Shown here piece by piece: positions 14,183 to 28,126 of a stretch of DNA of 64,000 bases. A program made the translations under genes and the position numbers. This stretch comes from Octopus vulgaris (taxonomy: Eukaryota). The DNA is taken from NCBI GenBank assembly GCA_951406725.2, contig OX597824.1, positions 50,344,001 through 50,408,000 of the forward strand, in the 5' to 3' direction. How positions within the stretch are numbered: position 1 is the first letter of the stretch; each line of letters opens with the position of its first letter. The notes below the pieces were generated by a model. It worked only from the letters and a program-made list of their open reading frames with translations. It was not told the origin of the DNA and searched no databases.

Positions 14183-14643
14183 GATGGGCTACAGCAAATA
14201 TTCTGCTCAATACCACAGATTTGCTTGTCAGTTGTTTGACCTTAACCAGTTGAGCATGTCCCTTAGTGGCTGACGATATGTGCATCTCTGATCACGAGCA
14301 GAAGTAGTGGGGGAGCATCATAGCCATGTGTTGAGAGGGATTCTTTGGGGTTTGAATAGTTCACCTCTGGAAACATGGGTGGTTCTTTCAACATCCTTAA
14401 GCAACCCTTATTCAGGGACCGTTTGAGCAGGATGGGCTACTCAACCTGAAGAAAATTCTAACTGGGCCCCACCTGCAAGGTCATGTGCTGTTTATCTTGA
14501 TATGAGATCACCATGTCGCGCACATATGGTTGTGATGCATGTGCCTGGTGTACCTTTATCAGACGGGTAGTCATGATGGGTATATTGGGCTTCGTATATT
14601 TTACCCCAGTGTCACTTTGATGGCATGAACTGCTCTCTCACTC
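14183..14643 (+). mobile_element. Probable 3' end of a non-LTR element inserted in (AAT)n
   Basis: 460 bp of complex, higher-GC sequence bounded by (AAT)n on both sides. Confidence 0.5.
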
Positions 14644-14724
14644 AATAATAATAATAATAATAATGATTTCATGCATAATGGTGATTTCTAAAAACATCGA
14701 AAGCGAACAGCAACAACAATAACT

Positions 14725-14941
14725 CTTTCTAACTTTGGCACAAGTCCAGCACTTATAGGGAGAGGTGGAGTTAATCGATTATATCGACCCCAGTGCTCGA
14801 TTGGTGCTTACTTTATCAACCTCCAAAAGGATGAAAGGCAAATTTTACCTCGGTTTCATCTCATGCTAAAAATAAAACGTCGGAAAAAATGCCAGAAAGC
14901 ATTTTCCCGACGTACTGACGACCCTGCGATGTCACCGCCTT
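14725..14941 (-). mobile_element. SINE family C copy
   Basis: atcgaccccagtg..ggatgaaaggcaaa..tcaccgcct. Confidence 0.75.
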
Positions 14942-15565
14942 AATAATAATAATGATTCTGGGATGGCGAATAAAATTAAGTAAAACGATATATAAGACAC
15001 AATAAGCAAAAACGAAACAATAAATAGTTATAGAATATCAACAACAGGGAATCTATTCCACATAGGATAACATATAAAGGTTACGGTCGTCTTTCGTTAA
15101 TGGCCTTAAAGTCTCCTCTCATCGGCTTTTCTCCTGTTTAGAAAAACAGAGAATAGGTCCAGTTAACCTCAGCATTCTCGCCACTCTCTTCTATCTTCAG
15201 CAAGAAAAAGAAAGCAAAGAACTTTTCCATCCAAGCCTTCCACCGAAAGTGATTCCTGAAAAACTGAAGGATGAACCAGAGAGGGAAAACGTTCTCATGC
15301 CATTTAACAGCGTCCGCCATGCAACCACTTTGCCATAATCATCAGGTTAAGCAAAATGGTAATGGATTAATCTTGATAATAGAGCTGGCTGATAGTCAAA
15401 ATTTTCCTATACGTAAGGGCAACTGTTTAACGCAAGCTCACAAGTCGGCAATGCACAGACACAGAACGTGTGTATGTAGGATTGTTGCAGCTCCTTTGCT
15501 GCAACTGTTGATGTTTATATTATAGCTTCTTTTGCTGCCGTCACTGCTGGTCTTGGTGGAAGTGA

Positions 15566-15835
15566 TGGCTTGCTTGCTTTGCTTTATGCTCTTGCTTGAT
15601 GCGGCTGGGTCCATCCCAGGTTAGTGGTCCCAGAGGTGTCATTATACGCAGATCCGACCAGCTCCACCACTGCTCTCTAACGCTGGCGGTCCCGTGCAAG
15701 TTCTCTGCATCCTCCAAGATGACATTGAGCCTCTGGAGATCTTCCCCAACCACGTCCAGTCATCTGGTACAGGGCCTGTCACGTAACAGCGCATGCGACG
15801 GATAGCTATAAAGTGGGAGGCTGCGGACTGATGCA
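15566..15835 (-). mobile_element. RTE-like LINE 3' fragment
   Basis: Minus strand IRRMR..RPCTR*LDVVGEDLQRLNVILEDAENL..REQW (cf. GRPRTRW.D.V..DL....DR..W), ending in an (AAGC)n tail. Confidence 0.7.
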
Positions 15836-16551
15836 TGCGCGTACGCAGCTCTTTGTTGGAAATGCGATACCGGCGGTGATAAAAGTGGCAGTGATGTTTT
15901 TGATGCTTGTGATGGCATTGGTGGTAATAATGTTACTGATGGTAGTGATGGTGGTGGTTGGTTGGCTTTACAATGCTCCGCTAACTACCAACCGAATCGT
16001 TATCATAGTGATGTAGACGTTATTTATTAATCTTTTCTATGAGTGCAGTTTGTTGCTGCTTTGTCCTCGCTAGCGACTACCTGTTGCTCGATCCATTATT
16101 ATCAAACTTAGTGTTGTTGTTTGTAGCAAATTATGGGTTTACTCTTTTTTCTGTGCACTCGACGGCTTTAATGCAAAGATACACAACTTGAGCAGCAAAG
16201 CTAAGAATTCTTGTTACTATAGATGCAACACCTTTTCAGAGATATCTGCTACCTTCTCTCCTTTGTTCAGGTATTCTCTCTCTCTCACTTTATCGCATTC
16301 GTCTGCATCACACATTATTATTATTTTTTTTTGGTAGATTCATCTTTTCTTTAAAAGAAATTAGGATTTTCCGAAATCACAAGTTCTCAAACAGATACCT
16401 CCCTCCCATCTCTTTATGAACTGTTCAAAAACGTAATAGATCTACTTTTCTGCACAATTATTAACAACAGAGATGAACTTCAATTGAGAAGAAAAAAGAA
16501 AATTCTGGAAACTTCTGGAAAAGTCAGTGATCTCGAAAAAGTGGAAACAGG

Positions 16552-17013
16552 CAATAATAAATCTCTGAGCGAGGTATAAACAGTAGCTGCATGACATCAT
16601 GAAGTATATTTGCCACCTAAATGTGGCTAACTCTTAAGGGTTGATACTACTGTAGCTTGTAGCCTCAGGAAGACATCTCCTCTAGCTGGCTATTAACACA
16701 CTTTCTGTACCGTATTAGTATTTGCAAAGGGAAGTCATATTTCCCATTTCGTCACTGAAAAAAGTATATATATATTTGCATTGAGAACCATTTTCCATTG
16801 CTAACCGGTGGTTGTCACACGTGATGACGGGTCAATACCCAGAAACTCGGGTCCGTGTGTATCACGTCAGGCTGGAGATGGGAAGGATGACTTCTATTTG
16901 CAAATGCTGATAGGTCACAGAATGTGTGTTAATAGCCAACTAGAGGAGATGTCTTCCTAGGGCTACAATGTAGTGCAGCTACTGTTTATACCTAGCACAG
17001 AGATTTATTGTTG

Positions 17014-17016
<3 letters not shown>
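16552..17016 (+). mobile_element. Inverted-repeat element with central hammerhead, abutting (TA)n
   Basis: Arms ~16552-16750 and ~16875-17012 are reverse complementary apart from one ~60-bp indel. Confidence 0.85.
16816..16859 (+). ncRNA. Minimal type I hammerhead motif (C3 missing)
   Basis: cacacg-TGATGA-c-gggt-caat-accc-a-GAAA-ctcggg-TC-cgtgtg. Confidence 0.7.
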
Positions 17017-17088
<72 letters not shown>

Positions 17089-17089
<1 letters not shown>

Positions 17090-17249
17090 GTGTGGTAAGA
17101 CGCTTGCTTCCAAGCCACATGGTTCCAGGTTCAGTCCCTCTGTATGACACCTTGGGCAAGTATCTTCTACTATAGCCTCGAACCGACCAATGTCTTGTGA
17201 GTGTATTTGGTAGACGGAAACTGAAAGGAGCCCGTCGTATATATTTTTG

Positions 17250-17310
<61 letters not shown>

Positions 17311-17523
17311 GTATGTATTTGTTATTTGTGTCCGACTTTATCCCCCCCACTATCGCTTGACAACCGATGTTGGTGTGTTTACGTCCCCCTCATTAGCGGT
17401 TCGGCAAATGGAACCGATAGAGTAAGTACTAGGCTTGCAAAGAATAAGTCCTGGGGTCGATTTGTTCGACTAAAGGTAGTGCTCCAGCATGGCCAATGTC
17501 ATATGACCGAAAGAATAAAAGAA
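17089..17523 (+). mobile_element. SINE family A (tRNA-like head, internal microsatellite)
   Basis: tgtggtaag..catggttcc.ggttcagtccc..gacggaaactgaaag-(TA)n-..gacaaccgatg..ctccagcatggcc. Confidence 0.9.
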
Positions 17524-17552
17524 TGTATCTATGTACATATGTGTATGAATGT

Positions 17553-17651
<99 letters not shown>

Positions 17652-17861
17652 ACTATCTGTATATTTAACTGCTTCGGTCTGCGAATATGAGCATATGGTT
17701 GTATGTGACTCTAGATAGCAGTAGTGTATGAGAACACATATTTGAATAAACATGTATGTATAGACGTGTGTATATATACATGTGCAATATGTATTTCATG
17801 TACATATGTATGCAAGTATATGCGCACGCGCGTGTGTGGGGGGCGAGCGAGCGAGCGAGAG

Positions 17862-17894
<33 letters not shown>

Positions 17895-18883
17895 TATACA
17901 TATAGAGAGAGAGATGTATTTATATGTGTTTGTGTGTGTGTCAATGTCTACCGCAATACTCTTACACGGTTCCTTTTGCAGCTTCCAAATCGATTTGGCA
18001 GCTCTAATACTGGCCATTCATTGTGTACCATTGTTATGGCTGAGAGAGTTGCATGTGCTAACTGGAGAAAACCTACTGGGGCTGTTGCAGCAACTGTTGT
18101 TGTTGCTGTTGATGCTCTTGCTGCAGTTGTTTTTGTCCTGTAGCTGCTTTTAGTTTGCTTTTTCGGTACTTTTTTGCTTTTTTTTTTGCTTCGGTTGTTG
18201 TTATGGAATTTGTTGTTTTCTGGTCTTTATTATTTGCTGTTGTCACTGTTGTTGTTGTTGCTGCTGTTGTCATCCTTCTTATTCTCTCGTTGGCGCAAAT
18301 GTGCTGCTACTCTTGTCACTACATTTTTTTTTTACGTTATCTTTTTAGTTGTTGTTTTTGTTGCAATGTATTTTATTCTTGCTGTCATTTGCTGTCGTTA
18401 TTGTTGTTTTGTATTCCTACCTTGTTGTTTATGGTTAATATCGTTTAACCCCAGCTAACAGATCTATAATGAAAAGCATTCCAACTGTGATTATGCCATC
18501 TATTTTTTCCCAACCATATTTTCCCATAACTACATTTTCCAACGTGTCCTTCCTTTTTAAAAGTTAAAATGTGTACTTTAAGAAGAATTCTGCTGTTATT
18601 TCTAGCAGGCCGAATGATTATGTAGAAAATATCATCGTCCATGTTTTATTGTATATGTTATCTTTTTAATTTGTTGCTAATGTCATATGGTAAAGCAAGG
18701 ATATCTCACATTCTATCTCCTTCACCTCTGACCTATGAATTATGACCTATGACCACTGCAGGTTAAGCAGAAAGACTTTTCCGTTATTCCAAGAAATCAA
18801 TCTATTTTACTCTTTAGCTTCCTTCTCTCTGACACAATCAGCTCTCTCTCCCTCGCAGACCTTCCCATTCTGCTGCAGCTGCT

Positions 18884-18954
18884 ACCACCCCCACCCCCAC
18901 CACCACCACCACCACCACCACCACCACCACCACCACCATCTCCACCACCACCAT

Positions 18955-19038
<84 letters not shown>

Positions 19039-19060
19039 CACCACCACCACCACCACCACC

Positions 19061-19128
<68 letters not shown>

Positions 19129-19178
19129 CAACACCACCACCACCAACAACACCACCACCAACACCAACACCGCCACCG

Positions 19179-19228
<50 letters not shown>
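18884..19228. repeat. Alternating (CAC)n/(TAC)n compound microsatellite
   Basis: Three CAC blocks alternating with three TAC blocks. Confidence 0.95.
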
Positions 19229-19348
19229 GCAATAGTTCTTGGCGTTGTTCTTCCCATTGTTTTTGTTGCGTTTGAATGTCTCAACATTATTCCATCAGAT
19301 TCATCTACTTTACATTTCCATTTTTCCTTCGTCGTTGCTGCTACTATG

Positions 19349-19389
<41 letters not shown>

Positions 19390-19754
19390 TGATGTTGTTG
19401 TTGTGGCTGTGGTTGCTTTTGCTATTTGTTGGTCTTGCTGTTGTTAAAGTTGGTACTGGATTTCTTGGTATTACTTTTGTCGTTTTTTTTGTTGCTGTTA
19501 TTTTTATTGTCAGCACAGTTTCACTCCTACTGTCGCTGTTATTGATGCATTTATACAATAGTACAAAGAAAGTTTTTTATATATATATATATGTGTGTGT
19601 ATTTATGTATGTATATGTATATACATGTACACGTATATATATCTATGTATATATGTATATATATATATATATACATGTGTGTGTGTTGTATGAGTGAGTG
19701 TGTGTGTACATATCTATCTATCTATATACATACATACATGCATACATACATATA

Positions 19755-19795
<41 letters not shown>

Positions 19796-22247
19796 GTATA
19801 TGAGAGAGAGAGTGGGGGAAGGAGGAAAGAGAGACCGACAGAAAGAAAACATACCTTTTCAAGGAATACTGTCAACGCACTAACAGGACTTAAGCTGTGA
19901 GAGAACACATCTATGGAGAACAGTCATGAATACCGTTTTTACGAAGATTGTTCATGAAGCGAACGACATAACCATTTCACCTCGAATCTTTCCATCCAAA
20001 CAATAAACCCAAATATACAGAACGTATCTGAATGTACAAGATAAAGGAAATCTATAACTGTATAAAAGTAGAAATGTAAGAGAGTTCAGTGATTTCTTAA
20101 CGACATAGAAAAATTTCTAAAGGATGCCTCGTGCATGAAAAACAAATAGTTAAGTGGAGTATGGCGTGTTAATTTAGTGAGCTCATTCCTCCTCAAATAA
20201 ATTTTAATCAATTAATCTGTTTTTTTTTTAATCTTTTAAAGAGGAGGGAGGGATAGTACCTCTGACCCTTTACAGAACCTATGATACTGATGGGAGGAAG
20301 GTATCACCAAATCGGAAGCCTTACTCAAATGCTTACAATAAAGTGGATTCCTCTAAAAGCACTCAGGGTCCAAGGTGTTAGTGTTAAACTGGAAGATGAG
20401 TGAAGTCTGTCACACTCATTAAAATATTCACACTCACATCTCTCCACTGTATTCCTCCGTTTAATTTGCATTTGCATTTCAGAGTAATTTCCCTTTACTT
20501 TCTTGACAAGAATCATTAATGTTAATGAATTTGTCTTTCACAGCGGTTGTCCTTGTAATTGATTAAACAATTTTGTGATTCATTACATTAAGTACGTCAA
20601 TCCCCGCTCTACACTTAACTACGTATCGATGTTTTAGATATTGATTTCTTAAGCAGGAGCAACGAAACTAACTGCTGGGGAGAGATAGTCATATTAAATT
20701 ATAGATTTCATTCTAGTTTCAGTGTATAGGCCTAAGTCAGCCGTGACTGAGCAGAATTATGATCAAAGGCCTTCCAACCATGCTGGTACTTACTGAATTG
20801 TATATATTCACAATTTAGTTGACTGGTCCTTTTGAGACTGAAATATTTTTGGCTACAGATAGAATGCCTTGCTATTAGTAGCGTACAAAACTCAACTGAC
20901 GTCTGTTTGTCTACTAGCCTAACTATCGCCATTTTTCAGTAATTCATTCAATCGACTATAATGATTCCTTTCAGAATAATGGTTTCTAAAACAGAAACAG
21001 GGGTGCACTTAAGATATGTTAATTAAACCAGCTCCGGCACTTGGCTGTTACTTATTTCGGTATTTGAATTCAGAATCTAAAAGCTGCCAAGACTTTTTTT
21101 TTAGTTCTGTGACCAGCAATTTTTGTCACCTACCGGCTTCACCTCATACAAAATAATGTATTGTAAATAGTGTAAAAAGTACTCTTTATAACAATAATGT
21201 CGATGACGACGACAACGATGATGATGATCATGATAATGATCATCATCATAAAATATTGTCGATATAACCATTATTCAATATTATGTTTCAAATCCAGTCA
21301 AGGTCAGTTTCGTTCTACATCGGATTTTATTAAATAAGGACCTAATTACTACTGACTGTAATTTTAATCAACATTTCAGTCACTCTATTCACCTTCTCCT
21401 CTTTCCCGTCTTCCTTTAAAAAGGGCTGATGTGACTAAGTTAGAAATCCTCATTGTTTAACCAAACAGGCAAGGGACGTAGCATAAGCGACAAGCTATAT
21501 TACTGTGTCGACCTTGCAATGCCGATATCAATTGCAGATTAAAACCAATTCATTAACGTAAAATAATACCCTTGTAAAAGGCATGCACCTCACTTAATCT
21601 CAATTCTCTTCTCATATCAAATCGTGGATCTCACAAATGAATAACAAACCGTTATAATTCAATCAAATTCACTCTCTTCAGAGCAATTTTATCCCAGGCA
21701 CTTCATCGTCATTTTTTCTCGTCTCTCTGCATGGTTACTCCATTTTGTCCTCGCCATTGTTACTCCGGCGATTCTTGCTGTGGATAATTCTTCTAGCTGT
21801 AGTCATTGTTGTTATTGATTTACTATGCTTTTTGCTGTTGCTACAGTTATTGTTGATGCTGTTGTAGTCGTTGTTGTTGTTGTAGTTGGTGGTGGTGGTG
21901 GTGTGTGTGTGTGTGTGTGTGTAAGTGTGTTATTTCCGATATTCAAAATACTGCTGTCATTTTTGTCTTCTTTTGCACACTTTCTCCAGTTCCATCTCCA
22001 TACTCCAATCTACCCCTTCTAAAGTCCTTAAATAATTATGTTTATGTCACCCTCCTCTATTCCGTCTCTCTACTCTTACATTACTTTTTACTCTCCATGA
22101 CTGTTTCAGGGTCTGATTCTCAGTCTCTCTTCTCTCTCTTTCGATATATGTATATATATATATATATATATTCATGCATATTCATCTATACACATACGTA
22201 TATATGCTTGTGTCTGTATTTATGTATGTGTATGTATATATAATATA

Positions 22248-22285
<38 letters not shown>

Positions 22286-22732
22286 CATACATATGTGAAT
22301 GTGTGTGTTGTTTTTCGCTCTCTCTCTCCCCCTCTCCCCCTACCCCCTCTCCCCTACCCCCTCTCTCTCTGTCTGTTTCCAAGTTGTTAACTATTCATCT
22401 GATCTTCAACGTACTGCAGCCATTTTTATGCAGCGTGTTCAGTCCCATCACCGTTGTCTCGTCTTTAGAGTCCTTCAATAATTATTTATCTGTCGTCTCC
22501 TCCATTTTCTATTCACAGTTTTTCTCATACTCCTTTTCTCTGTTTTGCTCACTCTCATTCTCGCAAATTAATTTTTTTCTGTCTTCTCTCTGTCCATCTT
22601 TGTTACTCAGTGTCGTTCTTTCTTTCTCTGTTCTCAGCTTCTATCTCTGTCCCTCACTTTTTCGCTCTTAACTGTTTAATACTTAAATCCACTCCATACT
22701 CACGCACACAAGCAGACACACGATCACACACA

Positions 22733-22786
<54 letters not shown>

Positions 22787-23123
22787 GCCATTCAAAAGTA
22801 AGAGCAGCAACAAAAGCAAGAGCAGCATCTACAAAAACAACAACAATAGAAGCAGCAGCAGCAACAACAACAACATCAACAACAACGACGACGACCACGT
22901 CAAGAAAATGCAACAGAAGCATCGACAACAACAACGAGAACATCAACAATTACATCTTCTTATGTGAAGCAGACATATAACAAATCATAAAAAAAGAATA
23001 CGAGATGTAAATAAATATATAAAGCAATTCCAAATAGAAATAAACACTGACAAAATAAGAAGAAAATATATTAACAAAAAAAAAAATGCAAAATCCAAAC
23101 AAGAAAAACAAATTAGCTGGTAG

Positions 23124-23139
23124 AGCGCCACCTGACGGC
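23124..23139 (-). promoter_or_regulatory. Candidate CTCF-binding motif
   Basis: Minus strand GCCGTCAGGTGGCGCT resembles the CCASYAGRKGGCRS core; located in unique sequence. Confidence 0.35.
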
Positions 23140-23715
23140 AAACTTTATAGGTTCTATTGGCAGAACCATCAGGCAAAGTGGCATAGAGGAGTATGCTGTC
23201 ATTGGGTGTTAATTGGTTTTCTATAGCTGGATTCAAAGACTTGATCATTCCGCCCGTCCACCTATGAGTCTTTTCGCTTTTAAGGGAAATGCTGCCATAA
23301 AGTGTGATGAATATATATGTGTATGTGTGTGTGTGTGTCTGTGTGTGTGTCTGTGTGTGTGCGTGTGTGTGTATGTATGTACGGATGTATGTATGTAAGT
23401 ATATATGTGTGTATGTATTCTTATTTGTATGTGTGTATATGAATGTGTTTATGCTTACATGTGTGTATGCACATGTGTATGCATGAAAGTGTGTGTGAGT
23501 GTGTACGTATTCACATATGTTTGTATTACACACACAGACATTTATATATATATATATATATTAATATGTGTGTGCATGTGTATGTAAGCATATATATGTA
23601 TATATACATACATTACATATGTTTATAAATATGCTATGCATGTATGTCTACTGGCTCACATACATTCACACATAATAATTTACATTCATATAGATTATGT
23701 GTATATAATAATATG

Positions 23716-24037
23716 AAGGTGCGTGGCTTAGTGGTTAGGGCATTCGGCTCACGATCGTAAGGTCACGAGTTCAATTCCTGGCGACGCGTTGTGTTCTTGA
23801 GCAAGACACTTTATTTCACGTTTCTCCAGTCCTCTCAGCTGGCAAAAATGAGCAGTACCTGTATTCCAAATGGTCAGCCTTGTCAGACTCTGTGTCACGC
23901 TGAGTCACCCTGAGAACTACGTTAAGGGTGCACGTATGTCTGTGGAGTGCTCAGCCACTTACACGTTAATTTCACGAGCAAAGTGTTTCGTCGATCGTAT
24001 CAGCTGGGACCCTCGTTGTCGTAACCGACGGAGTGCT
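23716..24037 (+). mobile_element. SINE family B, full length
   Basis: A box tggcttagtgg, B box gagttcaattcc, ttgagcaagacacttta core; related copies at 38010, 57218 and 58441. Confidence 0.9.
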
Positions 24038-24171
24038 CCCTCTAAATGTGTATATAAAACTAGCAGTGAGGATATATGAATATGTATAGAAGGTAAAATA
24101 ATTGATATATATATATACAAAAATACACCAGCATTCACATATACATACTTATATATGTGCGTATGTGTGTG

Positions 24172-24213
<42 letters not shown>

Positions 24214-24361
24214 TATGCGCGTGTCCGTATGCCTATATTTTGTATTCATTGATGCTATATAGAATAGAAAATACATTATAAGCAGTACATACACACATAC
24301 ATACACACACACAGAGGCACACACGTATGTATGTATGTATGTATGTATGTATGTATGTATG

Positions 24362-24410
<49 letters not shown>

Positions 24411-24826
24411 GTCTGTCTGTCTGTCTGTCTGTATATATCTACACACACATGTATGTATATAAATATGATGTTTTAGGGGCTGTATTTGGCTTTGAACTGT
24501 CCTATAATAGGAGGTTATTTCATATGACTATTTAGTAGCATGATGTATTCATTTGAGATTCTGAATCCATCAAAATACCGGTGGGTTTGAACTGACTGCT
24601 TTACCCTACGTACGTCAATGAAATATGTACTAATATCATAATATCGTTGATAAATTATGTACATTTATGTATGTGCGTCTGCGTGCATATGTTTATATAT
24701 TGTATATGTGTTATGAATCATAAAGGCACATATTAAAACAATATATGTATATAAGCTTTAAAATTCCTCGGTCATAAAAACGTGTATATATTCATACATA
24801 CATACATATACATATATGTACACAAA

Positions 24827-24896
<70 letters not shown>

Positions 24897-25080
24897 TTAA
24901 AACACATTCTTCGTGGAAAATAGCGATTTTGACGTCTATATCTAGCATATTGACTGTCCACTTTTAGTGGTCAGTCCTTTAAATTTTGTATGTAAAAATA
25001 TTTTAATCTTCGGATTTTTTTTTAATATGCTAGGCCACTGGTTTTAATTGATTAATATCAATTTCTACCCTTATTCAATT

Positions 25081-25750
<670 letters not shown>

Positions 25751-25754
25751 ATAT

Positions 25755-26115
25755 TCTTTTATACTTTATTTGTTTCAGTCATACTGGAGCACCGGCTTAG
25801 TCGAGCAAATCGACCCCATGACTTATTCTTTGGCAGCCTAGTATTTATTCTATCGGTTTTTTGCCGAACCGCTAGTTAGGGTGACGTAAACACACCATCA
25901 TCAGTTGTCAAGCGATGGGGGGGGGGCAGACACATACACATATACACACACACATATACAACGGGCTTCTTTCAGTTTCCATCTACCAAATCTACTCACT
26001 TTGGTCGGGCCGTGGCCATAGTAGAAGACATTTGCCCAAGGTGGATCACAGTGGGACTGTAGCCAGAACCATGTGGATGGTAAGCAAGCTACTTACCACA
26101 CAGCCACTCCTGCGC
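25755..26115 (-). mobile_element. SINE family A copy
   Basis: Ends cttaccacacagccactcctgcgc, the reverse complement of the head. Confidence 0.9.
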
Positions 26116-26125
26116 TTATATATAT

Positions 26126-26588
26126 AAGGGCAAAAGAAAAAAATTTTATGCCAATATGCTGAGAAATAGACTTTAAATCGTCAATCACCACATACAATAT
26201 ACATCACTATGAATACACATCGTGCTGAATCGAGGAAAGCAAGCTAACAGAATTGGTTACTTCTAGGTATTTAATTTATTTCTTATCGTATTCTCTACTG
26301 ATGAGGGGGAAATCTGTTAGATTATTCTTGAAATTGATCCAATATAGAGATAAGGAATTTTAAAAATTCTGTTAGCTTGCTATCCTCGATTCAGCGCGAT
26401 GTGTATTCATAATGATGTGTATTGTAATGTGATGATTGACGATTTAAAGTCTATTTCTCAGCATATTGGCATAGAGATTTTTTCTTTTGCCCTTTTTTTA
26501 TAATTGTTTATAACTTTCTCCTTTAAAGGTATTTTAATATGCTGGCCACTTCTTGAAATGTTTGAAAATACTTTATCCCATATTAGAA

Positions 26589-26590
<2 letters not shown>
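26126..26590 (+). mobile_element. Inverted-repeat element with central hammerhead, between (TA)n tracts
   Basis: Arms 26126-26254 and 26365-26494 are reverse complementary; extra tail to 26590. Confidence 0.9.
26292..26350 (+). ncRNA. Type I hammerhead ribozyme, intact core
   Basis: tctcta-CTGATGA-gggggaaatct-gtt-agattattctt-GAAA-ttg-atc-caa-TA-tagaga; predicted cleavage after 26344. Confidence 0.85.
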
Positions 26591-26628
<38 letters not shown>

Positions 26629-26912
26629 CAACAATTGAGGGTAAAATTAATTAATTATTAATCAATTTCACCAAGTGTTCAGTATGCAAAGGGACCATTT
26701 AAGGCGAATTCAAATTATTACATTATATAAAAGGGCTTAGTAAAATAAATTACTTTGCCGCATATACTGAACTCATTAGAAATAGCAGCTAAAAAACTTT
26801 TTTAAAACTATTTCTAATACTTAAAGAAAACCTCTCTCAAATAGTGTTTGCTCAACTCAACTCACGAAAGTTTGGGGGTAAAGATATCAAAAAATCAAAT
26901 GCAAAGGTTATT

Positions 26913-26964
26913 TGAGAACGTACGTTTCAAGATTAGTCAACACGACACTTCTATCATCAGCTCA
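26913..26964 (-). ncRNA. Minimal type I hammerhead, copy 1
   Basis: Reverse complement of 27316-27367. Confidence 0.8.
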
Positions 26965-27315
26965 GAAACACCTTGGTTTGGATTTGAAAACACTGAAAGT
27001 GAGAGCATACCCTTTCGGCTTCTCATCGCTTTCGAAGATCTGCTCGTAACTAACAGTGCCAACAAACTCAAATATGCAAGCGAAGAATTTCTGTTCTCCC
27101 CTTTCCACCAGCGTGGGTTAAAATCAGCAAACACTATGCTTATTTCGGTAAAATCCGAAGCATTAATTAGAGGGAGATTAATTATAATTTCAACAATTGA
27201 GGGTAAAATTAATTAATTATTAATCAATTTCACCAAGTGTTCAGTATGCAACGGGACCATTTAAGGCGAATTCAAATTATTACATTATATAAAAGGGCTT
27301 AGTAAAATAAGTTTC

Positions 27316-27367
27316 TGAGCTGATGATAGAAGTGTCGTGTTGACTAATCTTGAAACGTACGTTCTCA
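27316..27367 (+). ncRNA. Minimal type I hammerhead, copy 2
   Basis: tgag-CTGATGA-tagaagtgtcgtgttgactaatctt-GAAA-cgtacg-TT-ctca. Confidence 0.8.
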
Positions 27368-27877
27368 AATAACCTTTGCATTTGATTTTTTGATGTCTTT
27401 ACCCCCAAACTTTCGTGAGTTGAGTTGAACAAACACTATTTGAGAGAGGTTTTCTTTAAGTATTAGAAATAGTTTTAAAAAAGTTTTTTAGCTGCTATTT
27501 CTAATGAGTTCAGTATGCGGCAAAGTAATTTATTTTACTAAGCCCTTTTATATAATGTAATAATTTGAATTCGCCTTAAATGGTCCCTTTGCATACTGAA
27601 CACTTGGTGAAATTGATTAATAATTAATTAATTTTACCCTCAATTGTTGAAATTATAATTAATCTCCCTCTAATTAATGCTTCGGATTTTACCGAAATAA
27701 GCATAGTGTTTGCTGATTTTAACCCACGCTGGTGGAAAGGGAGAACAGAAATTCTTCGCTTGCATATTTGAGTTTGTTGGCACTGTTAGTTACGAGCAGA
27801 TCTTCGAAAGCTATGATGAGAAGCCGAAAGGGTATGCTCTCACTTTCAGTGTTTTCAAATCCAAACCAAGGAGTTTC

Positions 27878-27929
27878 TGAGCTGATGATAGAAGTGTCGT
27901 GTTGACTAATCTTGAAACGTACGTTCTCA
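27878..27929 (+). ncRNA. Minimal type I hammerhead, copy 3
   Basis: Identical to 27316-27367, 562 bp downstream. Confidence 0.8.
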
Positions 27930-28126
27930 AATAACCTTTGCATTTGATTTTTTGATGTCTTTACCCCCAAACTTTCGTGAGTTGAGTTGAGCAAACACTA
28001 TTTGAGAGAGGTTTTCTTTAAGTATTAGAAATAGTTTTAAAAAAGTTTTTTAGCTGCTATTTCTAATGAGTTCAGTATGCGGCAAAGTAATTTATTTTAC
28101 TAAGCCCTTTTATATAATGTAATAAT

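Noticed and set aside
23716-23790. SINE heads as real tRNA genes
   Set aside because: A/B boxes are present but there is no full cloverleaf, and they continue into shared SINE bodies
26848-27994. Duplicated ORFs MLNSTHESLGVK..
   Set aside because: Antisense to the hammerhead unit, non-ATG starts, frameshift between copies, no recognisable domain
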